Source: a virus (lineage: Duplodnaviria > Caudoviricetes). Taken from it: a stretch of 64,000 nt of DNA. The stretch spans positions 1 through 64,000 of IMG/VR virus record IMGVR_UViG_3300034052_000013; one strand, 5' to 3'. Below, in pieces: positions 9,652 through 20,692 of this stretch. Numbering within the stretch: the stretch's first letter is position 1; each line of letters starts with the position of its first letter. The translations under genes and the position numbers were made by a program. Under the pieces are notes generated by a model that did not search any database, was not told the origin of the DNA, and saw only the letters and a list, made by a program, of their open reading frames with translations.

Positions 9652-11115
9652 ATGAATAAAACACAGATTTCACCGTTGCAAATCTATCAAAGTAGAGATT
9701 TCGCGGGTTTAGTAGAAACGAATCACATTAGCCAAGCTTATTTATCAGAGCCAGAAAAAGTTGGTTCTATATTAGCGTATGCTTTTGGTATTCAAGAAAA
9801 TAATGTAATCTCTTTACTCACAGGTGGGTTAGGGAATACACAGTATGTAACAAATCGTGAGTATGAATGGAATGTACATTTCCAATCAGACCAAGCTATC
9901 GAAGTAGGTGCAGATACACCTAACATAGGAGCTACTCCAGGTCTTGGTGGACAACCTGTACAACTTTACCTTTCTAAAAAATGGTTTGAAGTAACTGACG
10001 TAATTTTAGCAGATGATACCCGTACTGCTGTACGTGTTCAGTCAGAACCTTACCAATCTGGTAACACTTGGGTGTATACAGTAGTAACAACTGACCCAGA
10101 TCCAACAGCTTTCATCAACCCTGCTTTCTTACAATTAGGTGCACGTTGGTCTAAAGAATGGTCTTCTGTTGAAGAGTACTCAATCAAAGGTGGTGGACAT
10201 GGTTATTCTACTCCAGTTAAATTAACTAACCAATTAACAACTTTACGTAAAACTTATAAAGTTACTCGTAACGCTGCATTGGCTGTAATGATACTTGAGT
10301 TATTTGACCCAGCTGACCCATCAAAATCTACAAAATTGTGGACTAAATTAGCAGAGTGGACTGCAATGGCTCAATGGTATCGTGAAGTTGACCGTAACTT
10401 AATCTATTCTAAATATAACAAAAATGCTCAAGGCATGGTTACATTAGAAGGTGAAAATGGTCGTCCAGTTTATCATGGTGCTGGTTTACTAGAGCAAATC
10501 TCTCCAGCTAACAAACGTTTCTATACTAAGTTAACTTATGAAATATTAGATGAGTTCTTATTAGACTTATCTTATGCAGCTTCTAAATGGGGTGGTAATC
10601 ATAAATTTGTTGCCTTAACAGGTAAAATGGGATTACGTGAGTTTGACAGATGTATTAAAGAATACAATAGCACTAACAGTATCCAAGTAACAACTGCAGG
10701 TACTTTCATTACAGGTTCTGGTTCTGAATTAACTTTAGATGGTTATTTCAAACATGTGAAATTCTTAAATGGTATTGAATTAACTATTAAAGAATTTGAA
10801 CCATATGATGATATTATCCGTAACCGTGAGTTACATCCAATCACTAAAAAACCTTTACAATCGTACAGATTTACGATCATGAACATTGGTCAGAAAAATG
10901 GTAAATCTAACATTCGTAAAGTTGTTATGAAAGACAGTGAAATGGCTATGTGGCATGTTAACGGTTCAACTGACCCATTCGGTGGTGTTGCTAAATCAAT
11001 CGCAGAAAGACGTTCATCAGGTATTGATGGTTACGAAGTACACTTCTTAGCTGAGGTAGGTCTTATGGTTGAGGATCCAACAAGTTGTGGTGAATTGATT
11101 TGTAAAATAGCTTAA
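9652..11115 (+). CDS. major capsid protein (crAss-like, HK97 fold)
   Basis: 487 aa with strong high-expression codon bias (GGT, CGT, ACT); motifs REYEW, TTLRK.Y, GAGLLEQI; followed by a terminator. Confidence 0.88.
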   Translation: MNKTQISPLQIYQSRDFAGLVETNHISQAYLSEPEKVGSILAYAFGIQENNVISLLTGGLGNTQYVTNREYEWNVHFQSDQAIEVGADTPNIGATPGLGGQPVQLYLSKKWFEVTDVILADDTRTAVRVQSEPYQSGNTWVYTVVTTDPDPTAFINPAFLQLGARWSKEWSSVEEYSIKGGGHGYSTPVKLTNQLTTLRKTYKVTRNAALAVMILELFDPADPSKSTKLWTKLAEWTAMAQWYREVDRNLIYSKYNKNAQGMVTLEGENGRPVYHGAGLLEQISPANKRFYTKLTYEILDEFLLDLSYAASKWGGNHKFVALTGKMGLREFDRCIKEYNSTNSIQVTTAGTFITGSGSELTLDGYFKHVKFLNGIELTIKEFEPYDDIIRNRELHPITKKPLQSYRFTIMNIGQKNGKSNIRKVVMKDSEMAMWHVNGSTDPFGGVAKSIAERRSSGIDGYEVHFLAEVGLMVEDPTSCGELICKIA

Positions 11116-11123
11116 TAAATATC

Positions 11124-11157
11124 AAAAGGGAGGGGACTAGGAAACCCCTTCCTTTTT
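11124..11157 (+). terminator. intrinsic terminator after MCP
   Basis: AAAAGGGAGGGG-loop-CCCCTTCCTTTTT hairpin with U-tract. Confidence 0.8.
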
Positions 11158-11181
11158 AAATAAAAATAGGAGAAAGAAATA

Positions 11182-11982
11182 ATGATTGTTACAATTAAAA
11201 AAATTGCAAGAGGTATGAACTGGGGTCTTAAAGAAGACGGTAAGTTTGTCCCTAAGTTTTCAGGATGTTTTGATAAATGGGTTCCAGGTTTGGATAAAAT
11301 TACAGGAGCTTTAAAAACAGGTCTGACTAAAACTGAAGAAACAGAGTTTGAAGATAAGTTAGGTTTACCAACAGGTACCTTAGGTAAAAACAGTAAATAT
11401 TGGGAATCTTTTGTAGTTATAATTCCAGACAAAGGTTTGACATTAAATACAGAAAATCCAATGGATGAGTTGATTTACAAAACACTTAAAGCAGACTCTT
11501 TCATAGCAGGTTCAGCAGAATTAGCTAAACAGATGGCAGATGTTGATTATGTTATGACAAGTGAAGTTGATGAAGCTAAAGTTAAAAACACTCGTAGAAA
11601 ACGTCTAGCAGACGCTTATTCAGTGTATAAAGATTTATCTTCAGCTGAAATTATAGATGCTCTATTCTTATTTGGTAAGAACCCTGCAACAACAAGTTTA
11701 GAAATTTGTGAAGGTTTACTAGGTGAGATTTTAGAAAAGAATCCAGACACCTTCTTAGAGAAGTTAGGTGACCCTGATAAAACTGAGAAAATATTTATAA
11801 TGAAGTTAGCTCAGAAGGGTATTATAAGAAAGATAGGTTCATCACCAGGTTATGACATCCCTTTGTATTTTGAAGATACAATGTTAGGTGGTAATATGGA
11901 AGAAGCTGTTAAGTTCTTAAAAAATAAAGAAAATTCTAATATTTATATTCTTCTTAAACAAGAATATGATAAAATAAGATAA
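11182..11982 (+). CDS. conserved virion-module protein downstream of MCP
   Basis: 266-aa ORF at the conserved post-MCP position of crAss-like phages; function not assignable. Confidence 0.6.
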   Translation: MIVTIKKIARGMNWGLKEDGKFVPKFSGCFDKWVPGLDKITGALKTGLTKTEETEFEDKLGLPTGTLGKNSKYWESFVVIIPDKGLTLNTENPMDELIYKTLKADSFIAGSAELAKQMADVDYVMTSEVDEAKVKNTRRKRLADAYSVYKDLSSAEIIDALFLFGKNPATTSLEICEGLLGEILEKNPDTFLEKLGDPDKTEKIFIMKLAQKGIIRKIGSSPGYDIPLYFEDTMLGGNMEEAVKFLKNKENSNIYILLKQEYDKIR

Positions 11983-11984
11983 AT

Positions 11985-12965
11985 ATGACAATAGCAGAAA
12001 TGCATATATTATTTAAAGTTTTTATGGATAAAGTTGATTCATCAGCTTATTCTGAAATCTTACGAGAAGAAATCGACATCTTCTTGAATGAAGCTCAAGA
12101 CCGTTTCATAAAGACTAGATATAATATAAATAATATTTATGGTAAAGGGTTTGAGGAGTCTCAAAAACGTATTGATGATTTAAAAGGTCTAGTTAAGACT
12201 AGATATTGTGCAGTAACAACTGTACCTTATTATAGTGATGTTAATGTAGTCAGAACAAATTTAAATACTTTATATGAAGACGAGGCTTTAACAATACCTG
12301 TAACAGATGAATACATGTTTTTCTTAAAAGGTTTGGCACACTCAGTGATTGCTAATTGTAGTGATGAGTGGAGAAAGTTAAAGTTAGTTCAACAAGATGA
12401 TATAGCTTCAATAACTTCTGACCCTTTTAATAGACCTTTAAGAGGAAAACCTGTAATGTTTTTTGAAGATGGTGAGATAATGGTGTGGGCACATGATGAT
12501 GTAGTAGTAGATAATTTTCTAGTTACATTTTTAAAGAAGCCTAGAATTATTAATAGTATAACAACACAAAACCATACAATACAGTTGACTGTTAATGTAG
12601 GTGATGTAACTGTAACACTTACTGTTTTTGATGGAGATACGTCACAAGATTTTTCAGTTGTAGGAACAGGTTTAACACCTACTCAAATCGCAACAGACCT
12701 TGAGACAGATTTACTGGCAAGTGGTTTAAATATTTTAGGAACAACAGTATCTGGAGGAGTTTTAACAATCCAAGGTACACCTGAAATGGTAATTACAAAT
12801 ACTGTGAACATAAGTTCACGAGATCTAGGACAAGCTGGTGACTGCGAGTTGTCTGAACATACTCACAGAGAGATAGTTCAAATGGCAGTTGCAATAGCTC
12901 TTGAAAACATTGAAGCTCAAAGAGTTCAAACACAAGAGTTGTTGAATATAAGAAAAATAGAATAA
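11985..12965 (+). CDS. head-tail connector / ring protein with beta-rich insertion
   Basis: N-terminal EEIDIFLNEAQ...GFEESQKRIDDL and C-terminal CELSEHTHREIVQMAV motifs typical of crAss ring proteins. Confidence 0.7.
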   Translation: MTIAEMHILFKVFMDKVDSSAYSEILREEIDIFLNEAQDRFIKTRYNINNIYGKGFEESQKRIDDLKGLVKTRYCAVTTVPYYSDVNVVRTNLNTLYEDEALTIPVTDEYMFFLKGLAHSVIANCSDEWRKLKLVQQDDIASITSDPFNRPLRGKPVMFFEDGEIMVWAHDDVVVDNFLVTFLKKPRIINSITTQNHTIQLTVNVGDVTVTLTVFDGDTSQDFSVVGTGLTPTQIATDLETDLLASGLNILGTTVSGGVLTIQGTPEMVITNTVNISSRDLGQAGDCELSEHTHREIVQMAVAIALENIEAQRVQTQELLNIRKIE

Positions 12966-12994
12966 TATATGTTTAATTTAAATACTTTACAATT

Positions 12995-14266
12995 ATGTAC
13001 AAAGGTGTTAACAAAGTTTTAATCGGGGATGGTACCAATACTGGTACAACCCTAGCAGGTATCAAAGCAGGGGATTTATTCCTTTTAAATGAAGCAGGAA
13101 CAGTTTTAACTGCTGCTGCAGCTGCTAGTTTACCTAAATTCGCAAGAGTTACAATCGCAGCAGGGATTGCTGACGGTATCGCAGTTCTTTCTTCTCCTAT
13201 CCAAGGCAACACTGTTTCTGCTTATGTGGGACAAAGTTATGTCGCTCCGGCAGAGCAGGTTGCTTACTTAGGTTTTAATGGAACCGCTTCAACAGGGTTT
13301 GCTGCGACAGCAGGAACAAAGTATCGTTTAAGAATTTTAATCAAAGATGCAGTTCGTGTGAACGGTCAAAGATCAACTTTCTGTGATGTAAACTACACTG
13401 CAACAGCAACAGATACAGACTATTCTGTATTAACAAAATTAATGAATCTTTATTTAGCTAAAGACTATGGAGTAAATGCATTCCAAAATTTAGTAAAAGT
13501 AGAGAAGGTTAGCGATGACGCTACAGTTTTAGCATCTGATAATACAGTTGATGTTGTAAAAGGGTCTAACAAGATCACTTTTGACACAGCAGCAACTTAT
13601 GACACAGGTACACTATATGCTGTAGGTGACACTATCAGATTAGGTGGTGCAGGTATAACTGCTCCAGTTTATGTAATTACTGAAGTAAATGGTTTAATTT
13701 TAACTATTGACTCAGCTTATCAAGGAGCTTCTGCAACAATTGCTGCTGCTAGTGCAGTGTATGTAGACACCCCAACTGAATTTGGTCTAAAACTTACAAG
13801 TATTGCTCAAAGTTCAAAAGTGTCTCGTGCAGCTAATGAGCCTTTAGACCAATATGAGTGGGTTATTTTTGATGCAGCTTTAACGGATGCTGATGATCGT
13901 GCAACTGCACAGTATCAAGCAGCTTATACTGTAGCTACTAAATCAAACCCTGGTCAAGGTTATTGGAAACAAGTTGCTCAAGCTGAAGAAGCAGCTAAAG
14001 GTTACTTAGGAGATACAAACCGTACAACTTATTATGCAAGACGTATTAATAATAAAGTAGTTGTTAATGCAACTTACGATTCTATTATAATTACACATGC
14101 AAATATTATGGGCGGTGATTTCCAAGATACTTATAGAGCACCTTTACAAACAATTGTATATGCTCCGGCAGCTTCAGCTCAAATGACAGATGCTAACGAC
14201 AACTTCTTAGCAGTGTTAAACAACTTCTTCGGAACAGTTTGTGGCTTCCCTGATATCGCAGTATAA
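12995..14266 (+). CDS. auxiliary capsid/decoration-like structural protein
   Basis: Ala/Thr-rich, beta-rich, MCP-like codon bias; followed by a terminator. Confidence 0.6.
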   Translation: MYKGVNKVLIGDGTNTGTTLAGIKAGDLFLLNEAGTVLTAAAAASLPKFARVTIAAGIADGIAVLSSPIQGNTVSAYVGQSYVAPAEQVAYLGFNGTASTGFAATAGTKYRLRILIKDAVRVNGQRSTFCDVNYTATATDTDYSVLTKLMNLYLAKDYGVNAFQNLVKVEKVSDDATVLASDNTVDVVKGSNKITFDTAATYDTGTLYAVGDTIRLGGAGITAPVYVITEVNGLILTIDSAYQGASATIAAASAVYVDTPTEFGLKLTSIAQSSKVSRAANEPLDQYEWVIFDAALTDADDRATAQYQAAYTVATKSNPGQGYWKQVAQAEEAAKGYLGDTNRTTYYARRINNKVVVNATYDSIIITHANIMGGDFQDTYRAPLQTIVYAPAASAQMTDANDNFLAVLNNFFGTVCGFPDIAV

Positions 14267-14294
14267 TTTCTCGATAAGGAAATATTTTTAAAAT

Positions 14295-14320
14295 AAAGGA
14301 GTCTTCGGACTCCTTTTTTT
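14295..14320 (+). terminator. intrinsic terminator (UUCG tetraloop)
   Basis: AAAGGAGTC-TTCG-GACTCC-TTTTTTT. Confidence 0.9.
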
Positions 14321-14321
14321 G

Positions 14322-14329
14322 TATATTTG
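14322..14329 (+). promoter_or_regulatory. Bacteroidota-type -7 promoter element TATATTTG
   Basis: Directly after the terminator; 31 nt before ATG 14361. Confidence 0.65.
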
Positions 14330-14360
14330 TATTATATTTACATAATTTATTATATATAAT

Positions 14361-15077
14361 ATGTTATTATCCGAATTAGTATACAATATTAAAAACCTTA
14401 TTGCAGGTGGAGTACAATCAGATGACTCAGAATTATCTGACCAACAAGTTGCCTTTATAGTTAACTATTATAGAGCAAGATTATTTAAACAAGATCAAGA
14501 AAAAGGTAGACTTAACAAAGATAGTTATGTTCAAAACTTAGGTAAAGTACCTGTTATTCAAGCAGACAGAAATGAATGTTGTGTAACAGATTCTTGTATT
14601 TTAAGAACTGAACTACAAATCCCAATACCTATTGAAGCTTATAATGGTTTAAGTTTAACTTTTGTAGGTTTAGTTAATGGTAAACCTTTTACATATACAG
14701 CGTCAAACACACTACCATGGAAACGTGCAGGTAAATATTCTGGAAAAGAACCGGGTTATTATCTACAAAATGGTTATGTGTACTTAATAGATCCTCCTAC
14801 AAAAGATATAGATTGGATTAATATCCAAGGTGTTTTTGAAAAACCTGAAGAAGCAGTTCGTTTTAGAACTTGTGATTGTCCTGGTAACAATGAAAATTGT
14901 TTTCAAGATTATGATTTTGAATATAAAATGCCTTTGCATTATACTGACACAATTGTTAAATTAGCTGTTGAGACAGAGTTACGTGTATTTAAAGCAATAC
15001 CTTCAGATACATCTAATAACTCTATAGGACAGTTGACAGATATGTTAAGTAAAATGAGTGGTGCTAAAAAAGAATAG
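14361..15077 (+). CDS. tail ring / tubular protein
   Basis: First gene of the tail operon; motifs YLQNGYVYL, INIQGVFEKPEE, EYKMP resemble crAss ring proteins. Confidence 0.6.
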   Translation: MLLSELVYNIKNLIAGGVQSDDSELSDQQVAFIVNYYRARLFKQDQEKGRLNKDSYVQNLGKVPVIQADRNECCVTDSCILRTELQIPIPIEAYNGLSLTFVGLVNGKPFTYTASNTLPWKRAGKYSGKEPGYYLQNGYVYLIDPPTKDIDWINIQGVFEKPEEAVRFRTCDCPGNNENCFQDYDFEYKMPLHYTDTIVKLAVETELRVFKAIPSDTSNNSIGQLTDMLSKMSGAKKE

Positions 15078-15078
15078 T

Positions 15079-15525
15079 ATGAGAGGTGAAGGTACTAGGT
15101 CTATTGTTGACACTTATAAATATTATAAAAAGAAACATAAAAAAGACCATGTTGATTACACAACTTACAGACAAATTTGCAATGATTTTAATCAAATGTT
15201 TGTCCAAGAGTTGTTTGAAGGAAAGATAAAAGATTTATACAATGGGTTAGGTAAGATTTATATTTGTAAATTACCCACAGATTATACAAAACCTTGCTTA
15301 GATTATAAATCAACTAAAGAGTTAGGTAAAAAAGTTTACCATACTAATATACATTCTGATGGTTTTTATGCTAGATTTATATGGGTTAAAGCTCGTGCAA
15401 GAACTAAAAGAGTTAGAAAATTTATTTTCACACCAACCTGGGCAAATAAAAGAGCTTTAGCTTCTATTATGAAAACTCCTGGTGGGCATAAGAAATTTTT
15501 AATAAGACAAAATTATATAAAATGA
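15079..15525 (+). CDS. IHF/HU-like basic protein of the tail operon
   Basis: Lys/Tyr-rich; LYNGLGKIYI resembles the HU 'L..lG.F' strand; conserved position before the tail tubular gene. ATG 15079 chosen. Confidence 0.5.
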   Translation: MRGEGTRSIVDTYKYYKKKHKKDHVDYTTYRQICNDFNQMFVQELFEGKIKDLYNGLGKIYICKLPTDYTKPCLDYKSTKELGKKVYHTNIHSDGFYARFIWVKARARTKRVRKFIFTPTWANKRALASIMKTPGGHKKFLIRQNYIK

Positions 15526-16370
15526 TATATAAATTAGAGACAATAGATAGGGTTATAAATAAAATTATTCGAGACCTAGGATTAGGTCAAGATGAAATAC
15601 CGTATCCAGACTTTGTAGAGTGGATTGCTGCAGCTTTAGAGCATATAGGAACATATTACCAATATGTTGAAAAAGAGTGTTTAATTAATATTGTAGATTA
15701 CTCTGCAACATTACCTTGTGATTTCTATAAACCAATTAGAATGAAGAGAGGGTGTACTATAAATGCAGATAATGGCACTTATTATAGAGGAAGTTTTGTA
15801 AATTTACTAACAGAGTTGGGTATAGATGTACAAGACTTACCTGCTTATGAGCAGTATCATATTGTACAAGCTGCTGCAATAACTTCAGGACATCCTATTG
15901 ACACTATTGTAGAAAAACTTCAAGGTAATAAAAATTTAATAGGTAATGTAACTGTAAATAAATTTACAGATTCAGACTATAATGTTAATTTAAATAAAAT
16001 CACAACATCTTTTCGCTATGGTATTATTCAATTACAATACTTAGCTATACCTATAGATGAAAGAGGTTTCCCTTACGTACCTGATGATGAAGCTTTTAGA
16101 GATGCTTTATTTTGGAAAGTTGCTTATCAAATTTCTATGAGGAATCCTAAGCTATTGTCTAATCAGAGAATGCAAGATATGGAATACTGTAGACAAATGT
16201 GGGATAAATATTGTGGACAAGCAAGAGGTAGTGCAAACATGCCTAACTTAGAGATGATGATTAGAATCAAAAATAACTGGTTACGTTTATACAATAAAAC
16301 TGATGATGATGTTAATGATTTTGCAAATTTAGGTAAACAACAAAAATTAGATCTTAGAGGAAGGGTATAA
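15522..16370 (+). CDS. tail tubular/adaptor ring protein
   Basis: LQYLAIPIDERGFPYVPD motif; immediately upstream of the muzzle gene as in crAss-like phages. Confidence 0.7.
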   Translation: MIYKLETIDRVINKIIRDLGLGQDEIPYPDFVEWIAAALEHIGTYYQYVEKECLINIVDYSATLPCDFYKPIRMKRGCTINADNGTYYRGSFVNLLTELGIDVQDLPAYEQYHIVQAAAITSGHPIDTIVEKLQGNKNLIGNVTVNKFTDSDYNVNLNKITTSFRYGIIQLQYLAIPIDERGFPYVPDDEAFRDALFWKVAYQISMRNPKLLSNQRMQDMEYCRQMWDKYCGQARGSANMPNLEMMIRIKNNWLRLYNKTDDDVNDFANLGKQQKLDLRGRV

Positions 16371-19300
16371 TGGAAGATATTAATAGACTATTAGAAGGGC
16401 TTAACTTAGACAGTAACCCACATCAACAACCTGAGCATACAATGAAAAATTGTATTAATTTTGTAGCTTCTACAGAAGGTGGAAATGTTTATGCTGTAAC
16501 AAATGAGTCAGGTACTCTTGTTTGTGATGTTACTTTTCCTGAAAATTGTAAAGTTATAGGTTGGACAGTCTTAAATAGTGAGATAATAGTAGCTTTAGTT
16601 GATATAGATACTGGGGCTTCTTTTGTAGGTACTATTATTGAGAATACCAGTCCTCATGCTACTTACGGTAATTTTCACCCTATAGCTCCAGTTGATGCTG
16701 GTGGAACACCTTTAATAGACAATACAGAATTAGGTTGGTCAATAGACCACCCTTTAGATTGTGAAGCTAGAACATTAATTAATGGACACAGATTATTTTA
16801 TTTTACAGATAATAACACACCTTTTGGGGTTATAGATTTAGACGCACCTCCTGTAGAGAATTCTGTTGCTGAAACTGTTCAATTAACTTTTAGTCAAGAA
16901 ATACCAACTATTACAGTTGATAGCATTATAGAGAATGTTTCTTCTACCATTGTACCAGGAACATATCAATTTGTAACACGTTATGTTACATCTGCAGGAA
17001 ACACAACTACATATGGAATTCCTACACAACTTTTACCTATGGTCCCTACAAACCGTTCTGTAGGGGTTAATAATTATCATGGAGAATATGCTTCTTATGG
17101 CACTGTTGGTAAAAATGTTAAATTGGCAATTTCAGGTATTGATACTAAATATTCTGAGTTAGAGATTATTGTGATGTATTATGAAAGTTCTACAACAACT
17201 TTTAAAGCAACTGTTTGTGGGAGACTCCCTGTTACAGGTTCAAATGCAACATTTACTTTTACAGGGCCTATTACAGAAAATTCTTTAAATATTACTAAAG
17301 AAGAATTGAGACAAACTCCAATATCTTATACAAAAGCAAAATGTATTTCTCAAAAAGATAATGTTTTATTTTTATCAAATTTATCTACAGGTAGAGCTGA
17401 CTATGATGATGTTTTACAAGAAATAGCTAATGCTGTTGAAGTTTCTTATCGAATTAATGAGTTACCTTTCTCAAGACAAACAGGGAATTTTGACGACTAT
17501 ATAAATGAATTAGAATGCCAGGAAAAGACATATCGTAGAGGTGAAGTCTATTCTTTAGGTTTTTCTCTTTTATATAAAGATGGTTCAAGGTCTGCAAATT
17601 ATCATATACCAGGTGCAGTGACTACAACAGGTCCTACTACAGGAAAAGTTCCTCACAGTTCTTGGTTAAGTTTTTCTGCTGTAGACAACTCTACTGCAAG
17701 ATTAGGTACTTTTGTTTCTGCAGAATTTTATCCGACAGATCAAATGTATCCTGGAGATATTGCAGGAGATGATACTAGTGCTGTAGGTGACACAGGTATT
17801 GAAAGAAACATACGTCATCACTATATGCCCGAACTTGTAAATGAACCTCATTTTAGGACATCTAATACAGGAGATATTTTAGTTAGACTTTTAGAACTTG
17901 AGTTTGAATTTACTAAAGTAATTCCTGATTATATATTAAAAGATACTGTTGAAATCTTATTTACAAGAGAGCAACGAAATTCTTCTACAAATAAATCAGT
18001 ATTATCTCAAGGTGTTATTAATCATCAAGCAATAGTAGGTACTGACTTTGATGATGATGGTTTTGTTACAGGTAATCTTATTAATGGGTACAAAGAAAAC
18101 TATAAATTTATAGAGGTTCCTTTTTTTAATAACTTAAATAAAGCTACATATATAGGTACTGCAGGAGCTCCTGTAGGATCTACTTCAGGCTTTCCAGGTT
18201 TAGGTTTTGCTTTTCCAAATTACACTTGTGCAAACTCTCCAGGTGGTACTTATGCAGATGGGAAAAGATTAAATACAGAAATTAAATATAATAGATGTAT
18301 TTTTCACTCTCCTGAGACAGAATTGATAACTTCTAATTTTATTTTGGATGATAATGAGGTTGAGAATGCAACTTTGAAGTCTGTCTTAACATTAGAAGGT
18401 AGTTATGGATATGTAACTTTAAAAAGGGAAGAGTGGGATTTTGATGTATCTTGGAAATTTTTAGATAAGTATTTGTATTGTGATATTTTTGGCACCTATA
18501 ATAGGTGGACTACAGATACAGATGTAGATGTTACAATAGATGAAGCTCGTTTAGTAGACCCTAATATTAATGACTACCCTCCTTTAGATTCAGGTGTAGA
18601 CCCGTATACTTACACTAGGTTTAATGGTGGAGGTTTAGAATTAAAAACTAATAATAATATACCTGAAAGACTTGGGTCAGAGTTTGAGTTTAAATTAGAT
18701 TATGAAGTCGGTGCATCAAACGACACTCATTTTTGGAGTGCTATTTACAATCAAGGTGATAATGCTGCAGTTGATACAGTTGGTAATAATACAAAATTAT
18801 ACCGTAATCTTTTTAATATTGTTAAAAATAACCCTAGCCAATATGGTACAATAGGAGCAAATCAATACATCTTAATTGCAAGAAAAAGTATAAAAATTGG
18901 AGAGGTTTTTATTTCTAGTTATACAGGTGTTAGAGGTGGGGACACTTTCATAAGTAAATTTGCCTATAATGATGGTGTTCTTATCCCTTATTATCCTTTT
19001 AATTGGCATAATACACAATTAGCAATTTCTTCAGGGTGTGATTATTATAGAGAAGTGGGTTCAAACTACAGATTGTCACAAACCTCAACTTCTAGAGCTT
19101 ATTGGAATATAGATGGACTTACCCCAAATGGCTCTCCAGGAGAGTTGGGTAGAACACCTGGAACAGCTTGTGGACATGATTTAAGATGGACTACATATTT
19201 TTTTGTAGAGTCTGATATTAATACGTATTACAGACATATCCCAGAAGATGAAACTAAAAATAAATACTTCCCACTTCAACCAGATATAGCGACATTGCTA

Positions 19301-20692
19301 GGAGATTGGAAACCTTATCTAGGGAATTATAATCAATTGTATAATGATACATACTCTTTTGAAAATAATACCTTAACTTTTTTTACTAGAGATAGTATTT
19401 CAACTATTTTAGACAAGTTCGAGTGTCGAACAATTTACAGTGAGAAAGCTGCTACAGATGATGTTTTAGATGCTTACAGAAATATTCTAGTAAATAATTA
19501 TTATGATATACCTGCACATACAGGTCCTATTTGGGATAGTTTTGTAGTTTTTAATGAATTATTTCTACATACACCTAAATCTTTATGGAAAACTTTTGCA
19601 CAACCGGCAGCAACACTTCAAGGAGGAAATCTTAGTGAAGTTGTTTTAGGTACAGGGTCTTTATTTGCAAGACCTGCTGTAGAGATGCTAACTTCTAAAG
19701 GTGGGTATGCTGGTACTATTTCTCAATGGGGAGGTGTGCATTGTCCTATAGGATACATTTTCCCAGATGTTTTACAAGGTAAGATTTTTGGAATAGTTGT
19801 AGATGAAGGAGGACCTTCTTTAAAAGATTTATCTCAAGAAGGAATATCTACTTTTACTAATGACACTTTTAAAAAAGGGCTTATTTATGATATTAACACT
19901 CAAGTCTATGATTATACAAATGTCACTACAAATAATGCACACCTAATAGACAACCCTTTTAATGACATAGGTTTTGTTGGGGGTTATGATAATGCTTTAA
20001 AAAGATTTTGGATATCTAAATTAAATGGGGTACCTTTTACACTTTCGTATTCTTTACTATTAAATAAATGGTTTAGTTTTCACACTTATCAACCTAATGT
20101 TATTATACCTTATAATAATAGAGTGTTTTTCATTAAAAACTTTTCTGGTACAGATATAGATTCTAGAGTGTATGAAATGAATAAAGGAGCTAAAGGAGCT
20201 AACATGTTAACTGACCCTAGTGATGTAGACAGTCCTTATACAATAGACAACTCTTTACTACAAATAGTTTCAGCTCAAGATATTCAATCTGCTAAAGTGT
20301 TTCAAAATTTAGAAATATTATCAGATTCTTATGACAGTACAAACTCAATTAAAGTTCGTGATGATAATTTCAATACAATACAAGTATACAATAACAGAAC
20401 TAATTCTGATGTATACTACCTAGTTCCTAGCAACACTTTTGGGGTTGAACCAGGTGCAGGTTCTTGTGCAATTAAATATAGAAATGATGTTTATCATGTA
20501 GCGATACCACGAGATTCTGTTGTAGATAATTCACAAAACATATTTAATGGTGGAAATTTAAATAATTCTCAACTATTTAGAGAACGAATTAAAGGAAATT
20601 ATGCTATCTTTGTATTTGGATATGATAACAGTACAAATTTAGAATTTTACTTAAGACAAATAAAAATTATATTCAATAAAAATACACGTTAA
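16370..20692 (+). CDS. tail stabilisation / muzzle protein
   Basis: 1440 aa, beta-propeller-like; N-terminal GLNLDSNP, C-terminal WFSFHTYQP and RERIKGNY; canonical position before the cargo genes. Confidence 0.75.
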   Translation: MEDINRLLEGLNLDSNPHQQPEHTMKNCINFVASTEGGNVYAVTNESGTLVCDVTFPENCKVIGWTVLNSEIIVALVDIDTGASFVGTIIENTSPHATYGNFHPIAPVDAGGTPLIDNTELGWSIDHPLDCEARTLINGHRLFYFTDNNTPFGVIDLDAPPVENSVAETVQLTFSQEIPTITVDSIIENVSSTIVPGTYQFVTRYVTSAGNTTTYGIPTQLLPMVPTNRSVGVNNYHGEYASYGTVGKNVKLAISGIDTKYSELEIIVMYYESSTTTFKATVCGRLPVTGSNATFTFTGPITENSLNITKEELRQTPISYTKAKCISQKDNVLFLSNLSTGRADYDDVLQEIANAVEVSYRINELPFSRQTGNFDDYINELECQEKTYRRGEVYSLGFSLLYKDGSRSANYHIPGAVTTTGPTTGKVPHSSWLSFSAVDNSTARLGTFVSAEFYPTDQMYPGDIAGDDTSAVGDTGIERNIRHHYMPELVNEPHFRTSNTGDILVRLLELEFEFTKVIPDYILKDTVEILFTREQRNSSTNKSVLSQGVINHQAIVGTDFDDDGFVTGNLINGYKENYKFIEVPFFNNLNKATYIGTAGAPVGSTSGFPGLGFAFPNYTCANSPGGTYADGKRLNTEIKYNRCIFHSPETELITSNFILDDNEVENATLKSVLTLEGSYGYVTLKREEWDFDVSWKFLDKYLYCDIFGTYNRWTTDTDVDVTIDEARLVDPNINDYPPLDSGVDPYTYTRFNGGGLELKTNNNIPERLGSEFEFKLDYEVGASNDTHFWSAIYNQGDNAAVDTVGNNTKLYRNLFNIVKNNPSQYGTIGANQYILIARKSIKIGEVFISSYTGVRGGDTFISKFAYNDGVLIPYYPFNWHNTQLAISSGCDYYREVGSNYRLSQTSTSRAYWNIDGLTPNGSPGELGRTPGTACGHDLRWTTYFFVESDINTYYRHIPEDETKNKYFPLQPDIATLLGDWKPYLGNYNQLYNDTYSFENNTLTFFTRDSISTILDKFECRTIYSEKAATDDVLDAYRNILVNNYYDIPAHTGPIWDSFVVFNELFLHTPKSLWKTFAQPAATLQGGNLSEVVLGTGSLFARPAVEMLTSKGGYAGTISQWGGVHCPIGYIFPDVLQGKIFGIVVDEGGPSLKDLSQEGISTFTNDTFKKGLIYDINTQVYDYTNVTTNNAHLIDNPFNDIGFVGGYDNALKRFWISKLNGVPFTLSYSLLLNKWFSFHTYQPNVIIPYNNRVFFIKNFSGTDIDSRVYEMNKGAKGANMLTDPSDVDSPYTIDNSLLQIVSAQDIQSAKVFQNLEILSDSYDSTNSIKVRDDNFNTIQVYNNRTNSDVYYLVPSNTFGVEPGAGSCAIKYRNDVYHVAIPRDSVVDNSQNIFNGGNLNNSQLFRERIKGNYAIFVFGYDNSTNLEFYLRQIKIIFNKNTR

